A stretch of DNA of 64,000 bases from Octopus bimaculoides (lineage: Eukaryota): contig NC_068985.1 in NCBI RefSeq assembly GCF_001194135.2, positions 54,631,627-54,695,626 on the forward strand, read 5' to 3'. Positions 38,958 to 52,304 of the stretch are shown here, one piece after another (position 1 is the first letter of the stretch; each line of letters opens with the position of its first letter). Position numbers and translations under genes: made by a program. Under the pieces are notes generated by a model that was not told where the DNA came from, made no database searches, and saw only the letters and a program-made list of their open reading frames with translations.

Positions 38958-39829
38958 CTGTAAATAAATAAATAGTCATTAGTTTAATGGTAAATGAAAA
39001 AATTTCGAAGCATAATTACACACACAAAGTATATATGTATATACTCAGTATACAGTCATGCATATCATCATCATCATCGTTTAACATCTGCCTTCCATGC
39101 TGGAATGGGTTGGACAGTTTGACAGGAACCGCCCAGGTAGAAGACTATCCCAGGCTACTGTCTGTTTTGGCATGGCTTTTATGGCTGAATGCTCCTCCTA
39201 ATACCAACTACCCCACAGAGTAGATTGAGTGCTTTTTACATGGTACACACACACACACACACACATACCAAATTGTATCAAATAAATGAGAAAGGAGTGC
39301 TCAATACATTCAACTTCATGCCAGAAAATTGCAGTGGCATGAAACTCGAGTTGTAAAATAAACATTTCAATAAATTGTACATATATACTTATATCTGTTG
39401 AAGCTTAATTGTTCTACCTGTTTTATACCACCAAGATGGAAGATTTGGAAAGATTAAGGTAGAAGCTATTTATTACAAACCTGAACAAAAGTGGGAAGGA
39501 GCTTAGAATGTGAGCAATTTTATTCTTTTACTTGTTTCAGTCATTCAACTGCGACCACACTGGAACACCACCTTAAAGGGCTTTTAGTCAAAGAAATTGA
39601 CCCCAAGACTTATTTTTTGTAAGCCTAGTACTTATTCTATCAATCTCTTTTGCTAAACTGCTAAATTACATAGACGTAAACATACCAACATCAGTTCTCA
39701 AGTGATAGTAGGAAGCAAACAGACACACAAACACACACATAATTAAAAGTTAGAGAAAACCACAGAATAACAAACACATGGATTGGACCACATTTATAGC
39801 TTATTTTTTAATACGAAGCATGACATAAA

Positions 39830-40870
39830 TAAATAGTGCAGCACCCATGCTGTTGCACTTGCCCTTACCTCTCCAACACTACCCTTCCCACAGGTACCCA
39901 TCATCAACCCTATCATATCACTGACTCCTTCACCTGTACTTTTAGCAACGTCGTCTACTGCATCGCCTGCTCTCTGTCCTTCTCTATACATCAGTCAAAT
40001 GGGACGCTGCTTGGCTGACCAGTTCATGGAACACCTCTGACACATCTGACTCGGCAACGGCACACCAGTCTCGCGCCATTTCCGCTCTACTGGTTACTCT
40101 TTAGAACACCTGTCTGTGTTTGGATTGTCCTTGCACAGGGGCCATCCAGACTCCCGTCTTCACCGTGAGCAGAGATTAATCTTCTCTCTTCGTTCCTTTG
40201 CGCCGCATGGGCTCAACTCTCCTCCCCTCTTCATCTAACCCTCCTCCTCTCTCCTTTCTTGCTCTGGCACCTACTTCCTCTCTTCACTCCTACTCACCTT
40301 CTCCTTTCCACCCTCTCCCATCATCGTCACCCCTCCTTCGTTTAAGCTGATTCTGCTTAGTCCATCCTGCTCCTGTTCTTTAGAAGAAACCATTCTGGGA
40401 TTCCAACCCCACCATCCCTATATATCCCATCCCCACCCTATCCCTTAGACACCACCGTTGCTTCCCACACACCCTAACACCACACATCACCCTGTACACA
40501 CTAGCACTGACCACTTCCCAGCACCTACACCATCATCCACACACCTACATATGCACACATCAATGTCACCAGCCCACTTCCACACGCACCTTCGTTTTGG
40601 GATCACCACTACTTTATTATCTCCCCTTCTTCCTAGCTCTCCTGTGTGACCCCTCTGTCCGGCATTCGCCACGATAGATCGCTAGCCACTAAACCTTTTT
40701 CTATTTTCTCTCCTTGTTTATTTCTGTGTTCTTTCTGTCAAAGAGCCTAGACTCGAAAAGGAAAAGACTTTCTCATTTCCCGAGCATTAAATTAATACAT
40801 CTGTTAGTTGTTTACACACCTGTCTTCGTCTTTTGTTTTTTTTGTAAATTCTCACTATATTATTTATATA
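39830..40870 (+). mobile_element. Penelope-like element remnant: GIY-YIG endonuclease pseudo-ORF plus 3' region
   Basis: FTCTFSNVVYCIAC-(frameshift)-LYISQMGRCLADQFMEHL...PVSRHF...REQRLIFSLRSFAPHGLN* ending 40238; degenerate hammerhead core at 40730-40766; ends in (TA)n. Confidence 0.85.
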
Positions 40871-43800
40871 TATATAAATGATGGGCTTCTTTCAGTTTCC
40901 ATCTGCCCAATCCACTCACAAGGCTTTGGTCAGCCCAAGGCTATAGTAAAAGACATTTGCCCAAGGTGCCATGCAGTGGGACTGAACCCAGAACCACGTA
41001 GTTGGGAACCAAGCTTCTTACCACACAACCATGCCTGCACCTATAGCAATTGTATACATAATAGATGAAGAAAAAGATAAGTAGTAACCAAACATTCATA
41101 TAATACATAAATACTACAAAATATTCAACAATAACAGTTAAAATCTCCTATTCAACTCTTACCAATTTTGTCCAGCATATTTGCATCTTCCAATAGCCAT
41201 AAAACTAACAAACCAACAATGAGTTACACAAACTCACACTGAAATTGCACTGACCAAATAAACTATCTTCTAAGAATTAAAACATCTAGCAAAGGATATA
41301 ATATATAAATACAAAATTCAGACATACAATATATTTAAAATGTGTGTGACTAACATTAATAGAGATCAAAACCCACTATGATTAAAGCACCCATACCTCT
41401 CACAACATAAAGGAGGTATTAAAGATACTTCTTTGTACTTGTACATTTGGGGAAATGCAAAAAAAAAAAAGCCTGTGAAAAAGTACATTGTCAATAGCCA
41501 ATTGTATTGTGGTAAGATAAAACTATGTAACTTATGCACAGCTGAAACTTATTAGAATATACTTGCAAATAATACACTTAGCAAAAAACACTCAGTCTTA
41601 GCATGTCAGCACAGAAACCTTAAGACATAAATAGTTCATTCCTATAATATAACCAAATTAATAATGTGTATTAATTTGATTTCATTTGACAAAAAAATAA
41701 TACATTTATAAAAAAAAAAAGCCTTTGTATGTAGATATTCACATTACTAAAGAATCATTTGTATGTAAATAAACATTTATTATACATTTTATATGACATT
41801 TCAAATGTGAATATTCACGTAAGTAAATGAAATTTAATTGCAATTTATTATCTAAAACTGAATATAGACAAACTTTACTACTAACCACAAAACTTAAGAA
41901 TGAATAATTTTGATAAATATTATAGTGTTTCACTTATTAGTATGCAAATAAAAGAGAAGCATTACTTGAATATAACTACTAAGTCGAACCGATGACAAAC
42001 ATCAGCCATCATAATCATCCACAATTATTAACTTTTCTGAGATTACAAATTCCATATGCTGTATGCCACTTGTAATATTACATACAGCATTAATATTTTA
42101 ATAACATTCATAAATATATTAACTTCAAACACATAAAAAAACCCACATGAACTATAGAAATAACGACTTTTGTAAAGCTGACATTACAAGAAAACAAACT
42201 TACAAACTATCCATCTAGAAAACAAAACACAATTACACTGTGAACCAAAATTATATTTTTTATTTCTTGTCTTTGGTCAGTAAGTGTTCTTTTCTATCTA
42301 GAAATCAAAGAAAATTACTACTATTCCCTTCAAACTTTGCTTTTGTGACCTGGACATGAATGTTTCAAAACTGACCTATTTTACATTACATTTCAAACAG
42401 ATACATCGCTGAGCTGATGAAACAGAAATATCATTACAGCAAATATTCTGCTCAATACCACAGATTCACATGTCAGTTGCTTGACCATAGCCAACTATGC
42501 CGCTTAGTGGCTGACAATATGTGCATCTCTGATCATGAGTAGTAGAAGTGAAGGAGAATTAGAGCTATGTGTTGAGAGGGATTCTTCACTAGGAGTAAGT
42601 ATATAAGAAATGATAATTACTACCCAAGGACAAAAATCATGTTACACAGTGTTATTTGTCAGAATTTAATATTCACTTCATTTATTCTGCTACAAACATT
42701 TTCACTCTTTTCTTTGTCTATTACATATATAATTGCCTTCTGCTAAAAAAAAAACTATCTCACTTTCACCATTTGACACTTCTGTTTAGTTTTGGATACA
42801 GAAACGACTGTATTTCTTTAATGTCCAATGATCTCCCATTGTGGTAGCAAGTGAAACAGGTATAGGTGTGTAACACTTAACCTTCAACTAATTACAGTAG
42901 GGTCTCTATATACAAACATAATCCATTGCAGAGCCCTGTTCATTAACCAAATTATTTGTTACATAAATAATTGAAATACATACAAAGTGGAGTCATCCAT
43001 TCCAAGCCATAATTTCCACATAAAGGCATGAAATGATGACTGAGATGATAAAGGATTAAGATATCTGGTGCCTTGCAGTTCTCTGTGGTGAAGACCCATT
43101 CACCACAGTGGAAGTGATACCAGTGCTGGTGCCATGTAAAAATCACTGGTGTTATGCCACATAAAAAGCACTTTGTAAAGTGGGTGAAGTTAGGAAGGGT
43201 ATCAAGCTATAGAAACCATACCAGAAGAGACAATGCAAATTGGTGTGGTCCCCGGCCTTACCAGTTCCTGTCAAACCATCTAACCCATGTCAGCATGGAA
43301 AACAGATATTAAATAATTATGATGAATTCATGTGTGTGTATGTGTGTGTGCGCGCGCCTGCGCAGGCATGCATATTTGCTTGTTTTACTTCTGTTGATCT
43401 GTGATTATGTTTTTAGCAAACTATATGAAAAATATTGTTTTCTACATATACAAATTTACAAGCAGCACGAAATGCATACATGGACATTAACGAACCATTT
43501 ACACATGTTCTCCAAGCCATTTATATGCATGTAGGGTTTACTTATGGTTTCTTGTTCAAATTTCAATTCATTGGCTGAATAGAATTTTCTTCAGAAAACT
43601 GTTCACTAAACAATTTATTCATTTAGCACACCATTTGTATATGCTCTCCCAACACTAGTATACATGCATAGCCTATTTGTAATTTTTTGTTCAAATTTCA
43701 GTATGTTATGAGTTTAATTTTCTTCTGAAAAACCATTAGTTTAGAGAACCATTTGCATATGGATATTCACTGTATATATCATCCACTCCATTAAACAGCG

Positions 43801-43879
43801 TTGAATCTTTCCAAAATTTGCGACCTGCTTTGTTGTTTGAACAAATATAAACAAAACTCTGTAAAAGGTAATGCATGAG

Positions 43880-43916
<37 letters not shown>

Positions 43917-44015
43917 AGCCAAAGAAGGTGCGTGCACACACACACACACACACATTAGAAACACATAGACAGAACTAAACAGAAATGGTAAATAAAGTAA
44001 GAAAGATTATTATTA

Positions 44016-44120
<105 letters not shown>

Positions 44121-44269
44121 TTAAGAGAAAATAAATTGTACATACATATATTAATNNNNNNNNNNNNNNNNNNNNNNNNNNNNNNNNATATATATATATA
44201 TATATATATACATACATACACACATATTACTTTTGCTATTTAAATTACAATGATGGAGCTTTGTTTCAT

Positions 44270-45070
44270 AGTTAAAAAGAAGCCTCTTATTGATAGAAAG
44301 ACTTCTCCATCTGGTTCTCATTCTAGTGACTACACTTCCAGAACATCCTCCTCCACTGCAAATTAGGTCACTTAGGTAACAAACCATGATCTACCTCTAA
44401 AAAAATCTCCTGGGCATTTGAAGAAAACTATTCCCTGTGTGATCTTAGTGCTTATTGTTCCTGCACATCTACCACACACAAAAACTACTTTCTATGTTAA
44501 CCTTCTTGTGATTCTACTGCACCACTTAGGTGTTGAAAGCTTGCGTTGGGTACACCATATGCAATTTCTACCTACAACTTTTCTACATATCGAGCAGGGC
44601 CATTTCCTTAAAGGGATTAGTAATTTGTCTGCTTTACTGCTTTGTAGGATTTTGGCCATTGCTAAGTTAACTCTAAGGCCTTTTAATTCCAGGTTTTACT
44701 TCAACCCCTGTAATTTCTTTTCTAATTATACTTTGGATTCAGCTATAAGATCAAGGTCATCTGAATCGAAGAGCTCCTATAGGCAACCAGTATTAAACTC
44801 ATTTATAGCCTGAAGGACTGATAAATAACAGGGGGCCAAGAACTGAATCCTGGTGAGCTCCTACCAGCACACTAAATTCATTGCTACACTTAGTGATTTT
44901 CACCTTATTGACAGCAACCCTGTACAAGGCTTTGCTAGCTCTCACTAGCCATTCATCTACCCCTAGCTCCTGCAGCAGCATCAGATGGGAGAGTAGAAAC
45001 CTTGTCAAAGGTTTTCTCCATGTCCACAAATGCAAATCTGGTTTATTTTTGGTTAAATGTTTGTCTGGAA
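44270..45070 (-). mobile_element. RTE LINE reverse-transcriptase fragment, 5' side abutting a family B SINE
   Basis: LGVDEWLVRA...EFSVLVGAHQDSVLGPLLFI (QGSVLSPLLF motif), decayed YADD-like DSDD, then WPCSICRK..FVCGRC Cys-rich segment. Confidence 0.85.
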
Positions 45071-46099
45071 ATTTTGTTAAGTCTGACATAGCTATAGCAC
45101 AGGTGTGGCTGTGTGGTAAGAAGTTTGCTTCCCAACCACATGGTTCTGGGTTCAGTGCCACGCAGTGACACCATGGGCAAGTGTCTTCTAATATAGCCTT
45201 GGGCTGACCAAAGCCTTGTGAGTGGATTTGGTAGACAGAAACTGAAAGAAGCCCATCATATGTGTATGTGTGTGTTTGTCCCCCACTGCTGCTTGACAAC
45301 CGGTGTTGGTGTGTTTACATTCCTGTAGCCTAGCAATTTGGCAAAAGAGACCAATAGAATAAGCACCAAGCTTAACAAAAAAAAAAAAAAAAAAAAAGAA
45401 CTGGGGTCAATTCATTTGACTAAAAATTAGTCAAATAAATTAACTATAGCTAAAAGATAAAAGATAGTTAAATGGATGTATAAACTCAATGATGGATCAT
45501 TGGGTATGCATTAATCATTACTATTGCAAGGGAGAGAATCAACATGCCCAACGTCAATAATATTTAGATTTTACTTTAGTGAAGCAAATTGGAGTTTGAT
45601 AGAGTGTACTATATAACCAGTATGTATTTAACACTTTTGATGTCAACAAGTATGAGACAAGCCTTGGCTCTATGATACAAACTTTTTGTTTAGGCCTTTC
45701 ATTAAAATATTATGTTAATTTATGTCCCAAACACCAGCTTAATGACAAAGCTATTTTAATACATTCTTTATTATTTTCAAAATAAATTGAAACAAAAAGC
45801 AGTGTATTTCAACTCTTAGTATTTTCAAAATTAATTGAAAGAAAGGCATTATATTTCAACTAAAATATAGTAATAAAAGGGTTAATTGAATTTACATTTT
45901 TGGTTTTACTTTTTTTTTCATTTTATCTATAAAGTCTTTAATATTCATGTTCAACCATAAAACTCTTCAATACTCATTTACAGCTGTTTTGATTTACTTG
46001 AATCTCATTGGTGCAAAGCAATTCATAATTTCATAATTATATCACATTGTTATAAAAGGAGAGACAAAAAGAAAAGGAGAGACAAAAAGAAAAGGAGAC

Positions 46100-46680
46100 A
46101 GGGAAGATATATAAAGGTATTTCACGCAAGGGTTTCTTTGTCATAGTTATAACTTTATGCTCATCAGAGTTAGCCGACATGGAAGGGAATATGGTGACTG
46201 TTCTCTATTGTTGGAGGTGAATTAGCACAACTGGTCAGCAGCTGCTGTGAAAAAGGTGGTGGAAAGAAAACGGTTCAGGGGATTAGTTTAGAAGTTATGT
46301 CCCTTGGTTGGGTATGCTGTAAACCCAGCAAGTTATCACGAAGTGGGGAAAGTGTGTATTATTAATGTGGTGCTCTTGTGGGGATGGGGTGTGTGGTATG
46401 TGTAGCAGTGTCATATGTATAATTTTTTTCTGGGGGTGTAGGTTATGTTAGCATGCAGTATGTAATGTGCATGTAGGGTCTGTGTATATGTAAGGGTACA
46501 ATTTGTGTGAAGGGGTATGTGCTGGGGGTGATGTGCATGTGTGTACATGGGTGCCTTGTTGTGTGCTTTGGTCAAACTCTTTTTGCTGGCTCAAGGGCAT
46601 TGGTGGAAGGTTGAGGCAGGGGACCTGTGGTTGCAGTTATGGTGGGGCACGCAAGTACAATAGAATGTACTTCCTTTCAT
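46100..46680 (-). mobile_element. Probable Penelope-like 3' remnant with hammerhead-like core
   Basis: C/A-rich minus strand like 40240-40680; CTGATGA gcata aagttataac tatg..GAAAC at 46132-46167. Confidence 0.45.
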
Positions 46681-47101
46681 GCAGGCAAGGATTAAACACC
46701 TCACTCCTGCTATAAACCACATGGTTTCAGGTTCAGTTACTCAGTGTAGCACCTTGGGCAAGTGTCTACTATAACCCTAAGCCAACCAAAGTCTTGTCAA
46801 TAGATTTGGTAGATGGGAAACCAAAAGAAGTCTGTCATGTTTATGTTTATGTTTGTGAGTGTGTGTCCTTGTCTTAATATAACAAGATAGTTGTTAATGC
46901 ATATTATTGTCATAGAAGCAGTTTCACTCATTTCCAGTATTCTGCAGAAACATGTCTAGGCATGGGGAAATATTACCTTGCTTAGAAACAGATAAGTGTT
47001 GGCGACAAGAAGACCATCCAGCTATAGTAACCCTGCCTCAATATAACTCCATCACACACTTGCAAGCATGGAAAAGTGGACATTAAAACTAAGGTAATCT
47101 T

Positions 47102-47154
<53 letters not shown>

Positions 47155-47639
47155 TCATAGAAAACCATGTAATCGTTACCAATATAGCAAGAGATTTCAC
47201 CGCAAAAAAGTCTAAATTAGATTCCTTAGNNNNNNNNNNNNNNNNNNNNNNNNNNNNNNNNNNNNNNNNNNNNNNNNNNNNNNNNNNNNNNNNNNNNNNT
47301 ATATATATATATATATATATATATCATCATAATTACCATCATCATCTGTGTATGAGTGTTTGTTTGTGTGATTTTTGTGTTTTCTCATAACTTGACACTT
47401 GAATGCTATATTGAAATAATAGTCACTCTTCAAACAAACAAAGACATTTATTTACAATATTCCTTGAAAACACATTCGGTCTTCAATCTAATCAATGCTT
47501 GAAGGATCAGGAGAAATATTACTTCACTTGATAAAAGTTGAGGGTGAGAGACATGAAGAGCATCCAGCCAAAGAAAATCTTCCCCCACTGAGTTTTATGA
47601 CTCAATCAAGCATGATGATGATTATTATGATTATCATTA

Positions 47640-48420
47640 TTATACATGGCAGTGAAACATGGGCTGTGACTGCTGAGGACATGCATAAGCTTAAAAGAAA
47701 TGAAGCTAGTAAGTTCTGCTGGATGTGTATACATGACAGAGTATAAACGCCCTGAGAGAAAAGTTGGATATAAGAAGCATCAAATGTGGGGTGCAAGAGT
47801 GACAACTATGTGTTACATATGGATGGGGACAGCTGCGTGAAGAAGTGTCACATCCTAACAGTGGAGGGAACCTGTGAAAGAGACCCAGGAAGACATGGGA
47901 TGAGGTGGTGAAGTAAGAGCTTCGAACATTGGGCCTTACAGAAGTAATTACAAGCAACTGAGACCTTTGGAGATATACTGTGCTTGAGAAGACCCGGCAA
48001 GCCAAGTGAGATTGTAGCTGTGGTTGATGCCAGTGTCGCATAACCAGCCCATTTAAAAGTACCCTTCAATTGTTGGGCAATATGCTGTGCTTGAGAAGAT
48101 CTATTAAGTGAAATCGTAGTTGTGGCCGATGCCAGTGCTGCCTGACTGGCATCCATGCTAGCAGCACATAAAAAGCACCATTTGAGCGTGGTCAATGCCA
48201 GTGCCAGTGGCATGTAAAAAGTACCATTTGAGCATGGCTGATGCCAGTGCCGCCTGACTGGCTCCTGTGCCAGTGGCACGGAAAATGCACCCACTATACT
48301 CTCGGAGTGGTTGGCGTTAGGAAGGGCATCTAGCTGTAGAAACCTTGCCAGATCAGATTGGAGCCAGTCCTCAGTCAAAGCATCTAATCCATGCAAGCAG
48401 GAAGTGGATGCTAAACAATG
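47640..48420 (+). mobile_element. RTE LINE 3' end (ORF2 C-terminus plus family C tail)
   Basis: HGSETWAVTAEDMHKLKRNEAS, REKL..RSIKCGVQE, PRKTWDEVVK motifs followed by the family C tail. Confidence 0.8.
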
Positions 48421-48592
48421 ATTACTATTATTATTATTATAAAAGTAAAAATCAGTTTTATAATGAGAACTACCTTTAAAATAAATGAAGCCTTTACAAA
48501 ACGATTAAGTATGAAGACATTCATTAAGATAGAACAGCTAAATGTGTCAGACTAACATTTCCTTCAAATAATACATGCAAGATTATAATTAC

Positions 48593-48733
48593 CTTATGGG
48601 CAGCTCCTCTATGGACTGCTAGTTTCTTTGTACCTTTACATACGCCTGTCAGTGAAAGCTCTGCCAAGCGTACCTGACCATCACGAGCACAACTTACTAC
48701 ATGGCAATCTCCACTAAATGGCATGAACTTGGC
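48593..48733 (-). CDS. DCAF8: DCAF8 coding exon: [47 protein letters not shown]
   Basis: ttttcag| ... AAG|gtaatt; 141 nt; matches recalled human [27 protein letters not shown]...HKGASHK. Confidence 0.97.
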
Positions 48734-50374
48734 CTGAAAATAACAAACACAAAAGAATAATTAAAAAAATCACATTAGATAGATAAGTAAAGAGACATAT
48801 ATATATATATATCATCATCATCGTTTAACGTCCGCTTTCCATGCTAGCATGGGTTGGACGATTTGACTGAGGACTGGTGAAACCGGATGGCAACACCAGG
48901 CTCCAGTCTGATTTGGCAGAGTTTCTACAGCTGGATGCCCTTCCTAACGCCAACCACTCAGAGAGTGTAGTGGGTGCTTTTACNNNNNNNNNNNNNNNNN
49001 NNNNNNNNNNNNNNNNNNNNNNNNNNNNNNNNNNNNNNNNNNNNNNNNNNNNNNNNNNNNNNNNNNNNNNNNNNNNNNNNNNNNNNNNNNNNNNNNNNNN
49101 NNNNNNNNNNNNNNNNNNNNNNNNNNNNNNNNNNNNNNNNNNNNNNNNNNNNATATATATAAGAACTGTTTTAAATTTTAAATGTTTGACTTAAAAAGAT
49201 GAGAAGAAATTTAAATGCATTTCATTTTCTTTTTTGTTAGGAAATGCATAACAACTGAGCTAATTACCTTCAACTAAACTAAGAGCACTAACAACTAATT
49301 AATGGCGTTTAGATGAGGAGAGGAGTTTGGCTAGCTGAAATATTACATACAGTATTGTGTTGCATCTATGTTTCGAGAGAGATTGGGTGAGCCACACCAG
49401 GTTATCAAAGCACTTAAACTGATTCATTTCATAGATGAGGATAGAATAATAATTGGTTGGATCATTCAACTCGAGATTATCAGAGAATGGTCTACAAGAT
49501 GCGCACATCCACCAACCATTTTCTCACTCTCTCTCTCCCCAAACCCTTCTTGCTATTCTTAAGTCACTCCTCCTCACTCAAAAAATATCCACTCCCATTC
49601 TACAGCATGTCCACCACCTCCCAAGAGTTTATCATCACATTACATTAAATTCCACTCGAAGTTAACAGAACCAACCTCACCTATCCACAGTCTTTACAAT
49701 CAAAGAATATTCAGCTCTTGTGAATAATAGCAAAGTCCACCACACACACACACTAAAATAGAGATAAGACTAAATGTTGTAGAACAAGTGCCAGGAAAAC
49801 TCTTCGGTATTTTTTTATCTTTTACTGTTTCACTCTTTGGATTGCAGCCATACTGGGGCACTGCCTTGAAGGGTTTTAGTTGAATAAATCTACTTCAGTG
49901 TTATTTTGAAGACTGATGCTTATTCTGTCGGTCTCTTTTTGCTGAACCACTAAGTTACAGTGAGTTAAAGAAACACCAGTAGTCAAGTGGTGGTTGGGGG
50001 GACATACACAAATACAAAGACATATGCACACACACATGATGGACATCTTTTAGTTTCTGTCTACCAAATCCACTAACAAGGTTCTAGAAGACGACACTTG
50101 CCCAAGGTGTTGTGCAGTGTGACTTGAACCCCAAGACCACATGGTTGGGAAGCAAGCTTCTTAACTATAGAGCTGTGCCAGAAATATTGTTATAGAGCTT
50201 GGTTCAGAGATTCACCTGGCTGAGAGTGGATACCGGTACGTTATAACAAAACTTCAGCAGTTTATAACAACACTACATCAGCTCAGATCATACACAGTTC
50301 AAATCTGAACTAAGTCCTGGACTCAATATAAATTGCTGACACAGATATACAAAGCTACTTGGACACTGCAATAA

Positions 50375-50590
50375 ACTGCTATTCACTTAACCTGGGTTCT
50401 GCTGTAAACCTCATTTACTTCCTTGTTGAACATGAGTTATATACCATAACCTACTTGTTCACTTATCCACTGAACCTGGGTACTGCTGTAACCTCTTGTT
50501 CACTTCCTCACTGAATCTAGGTACTACCATAAACCTCTTGTTCACTTCCCTCTTGAACCTGGATACTGATGCAATCTTTTATTCACTTCT
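50375..50590. repeat. Degenerate ~42-bp minisatellite, about 5 copies
   Basis: Unit aacctcttgttcacttcctcactgaacctgggtactgctgta. Confidence 0.75.
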
Positions 50591-51429
50591 CAAAAACTAA
50601 TGGAGAACTAGAACTTACAACTGCTAGATAGTGAAATATTCAATTATATAGTGAGCTATAGTTGGTAGATGGAACCTATGTATAGCGAGGTGGACTGAAC
50701 TAATAAAGACAGAGCTTGGCTGGTGATGTGATATAAAAAAACTATTGTTCCATTGGTTTGTAGTGTGGCAGTGTATCAAATCAGATTATTGATGAACCAG
50801 AATAATATCAATCGATGTAAATCAATAAAGATGACTAAATGTAAAGTGATTAGGGGACCTAATTAATTAAAGAGAATTAATCATGCTAGAATGATGGTTT
50901 GAAAATGAAATGTCTCAATCAGAAAGTTAAATTTTTTAAAAATTACAAACTTGTAGTTGTTCAAGGCAGTTATGATCTAGCAGACCTACGATCAAAGGTG
51001 TTCCAATTATGGCCATCCCAAGTTTTATTCAAATACAATGTATCCAGGATTACATTACTCAATATAACCTTCATTTGTTGAGAGAAGGAAAGAAGCTTGT
51101 CTGCTTTTTCTAAAAGGTTGAGCCAGTACGTAATAGCCTCCTCGTTGGCTACAGCTCACGAACGAGATAGCAGCTTGATAACTGGAAGACATAGCAGTTT
51201 AGATATAGTTATTATCAAATGTGTGAACATGTGTGTGTGTGTGTGTGTGTGTAACTAACTATACCCTTCCCTTACATATTTGTGGCCAAGTACCAGTCTT
51301 CTTGGCTAGAAAACTGAACAGCTAGGTGTGAGAATAACATTCAACCAAGCCCTACAAAACCACCATATAAGCTGCTCTAAATTCATATGTAAACATTCAA
51401 AGTCTCATGCAATAAGGGGGAGATGGATG

Positions 51430-51467
<38 letters not shown>

Positions 51468-51550
51468 GTATATATAGATAGATAGATAGATAATTTAAAT
51501 ATGTGAAATAGTATGTTTATTTTCTTAAAATGTAAAATGTTAAGACATAC

Positions 51551-51660
51551 CTGAAAAATATTACTACGATGTCCGCTGTCAAATACTAAAGCTGGCCGAC
51601 TTTGAACCCAATTCCATAAAACAATGTTCAAATCATCTGAACCACTTGCAAGTAATGTGC
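51551..51660 (-). CDS. DCAF8: DCAF8 coding exon (first one found in window): (G)[36 protein letters not shown]
   Basis: Acceptor ttccag| and donor CAG|gtatgt; translation matches recalled DCAF8 WD repeat (human [18 protein letters not shown]...ESGHKSNVFQ); 110 nt, phase 1 in, phase 0 out. Confidence 0.95.
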
Positions 51661-51686
51661 CTGGAATAATAATAATAATAATAATA

Positions 51687-51721
<35 letters not shown>

Positions 51722-52066
51722 AATAACAAGGCCTGAAATTCGATTACATCAACCCCAGTGCTTGACTGGTACATTATTTTATCGACCCTGAAAGGATAGA
51801 AGGTAAAGTTGATTCTGCCAGTTTGCTGCCTTAATAATAATAATCCTTTCTACTGAAGGCACAAGGCCTGAAATTTAGCAAGGAGGGGACTAGTAGATTA
51901 CATCAATCCCAGTGTTTCACTGGTACTTAATTTATCGACCCCGAAAGGATGAAAGGTAAAGTTGACCTCAGTGGAATTTGAACTCAGAACGTAGCGGCAG
52001 TCAAAATACCGCTAAGCATTATACCCGCTGTACTAACTATTCTGCCAGCTCACAACAACAATAGTA

Positions 52067-52116
<50 letters not shown>

Positions 52117-52304
52117 CTTTTCTACTACAAGGCCTGAAATTTTGGGAGATGGGGATATTGATTCTAGTGTTCAGCTTATTTTATCGATCCCAAAAGAATG
52201 AAAAGCAAAGTCAAACTTGGCAGCATTTGAACTGTGAATGTAAGCTGGACTAGTGTACTAGCAATTCTGCCAGTTTGCCACCTTAATAATAAGAGTAATA
52301 AATG

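Noticed and set aside
43742-43858. Possible cryptic or poison exon after ccttttacag (ORF text RKFWKDSTLFNGVDDIYSEYPY)
   Set aside because: Short pyrimidine tract beside a (TG)n run, no good donor, no homology; DCAF8 splices cleanly without it
49340-49530. STRDYQRMVYKMRT, faintly like a Penelope endonuclease C-terminus
   Set aside because: Too short and diverged to support
50375-50590. Regularly spaced repeats superficially like a CRISPR array
   Set aside because: Whole units are repeated and degenerate, there are no unique spacers or cas genes, and the context is eukaryotic
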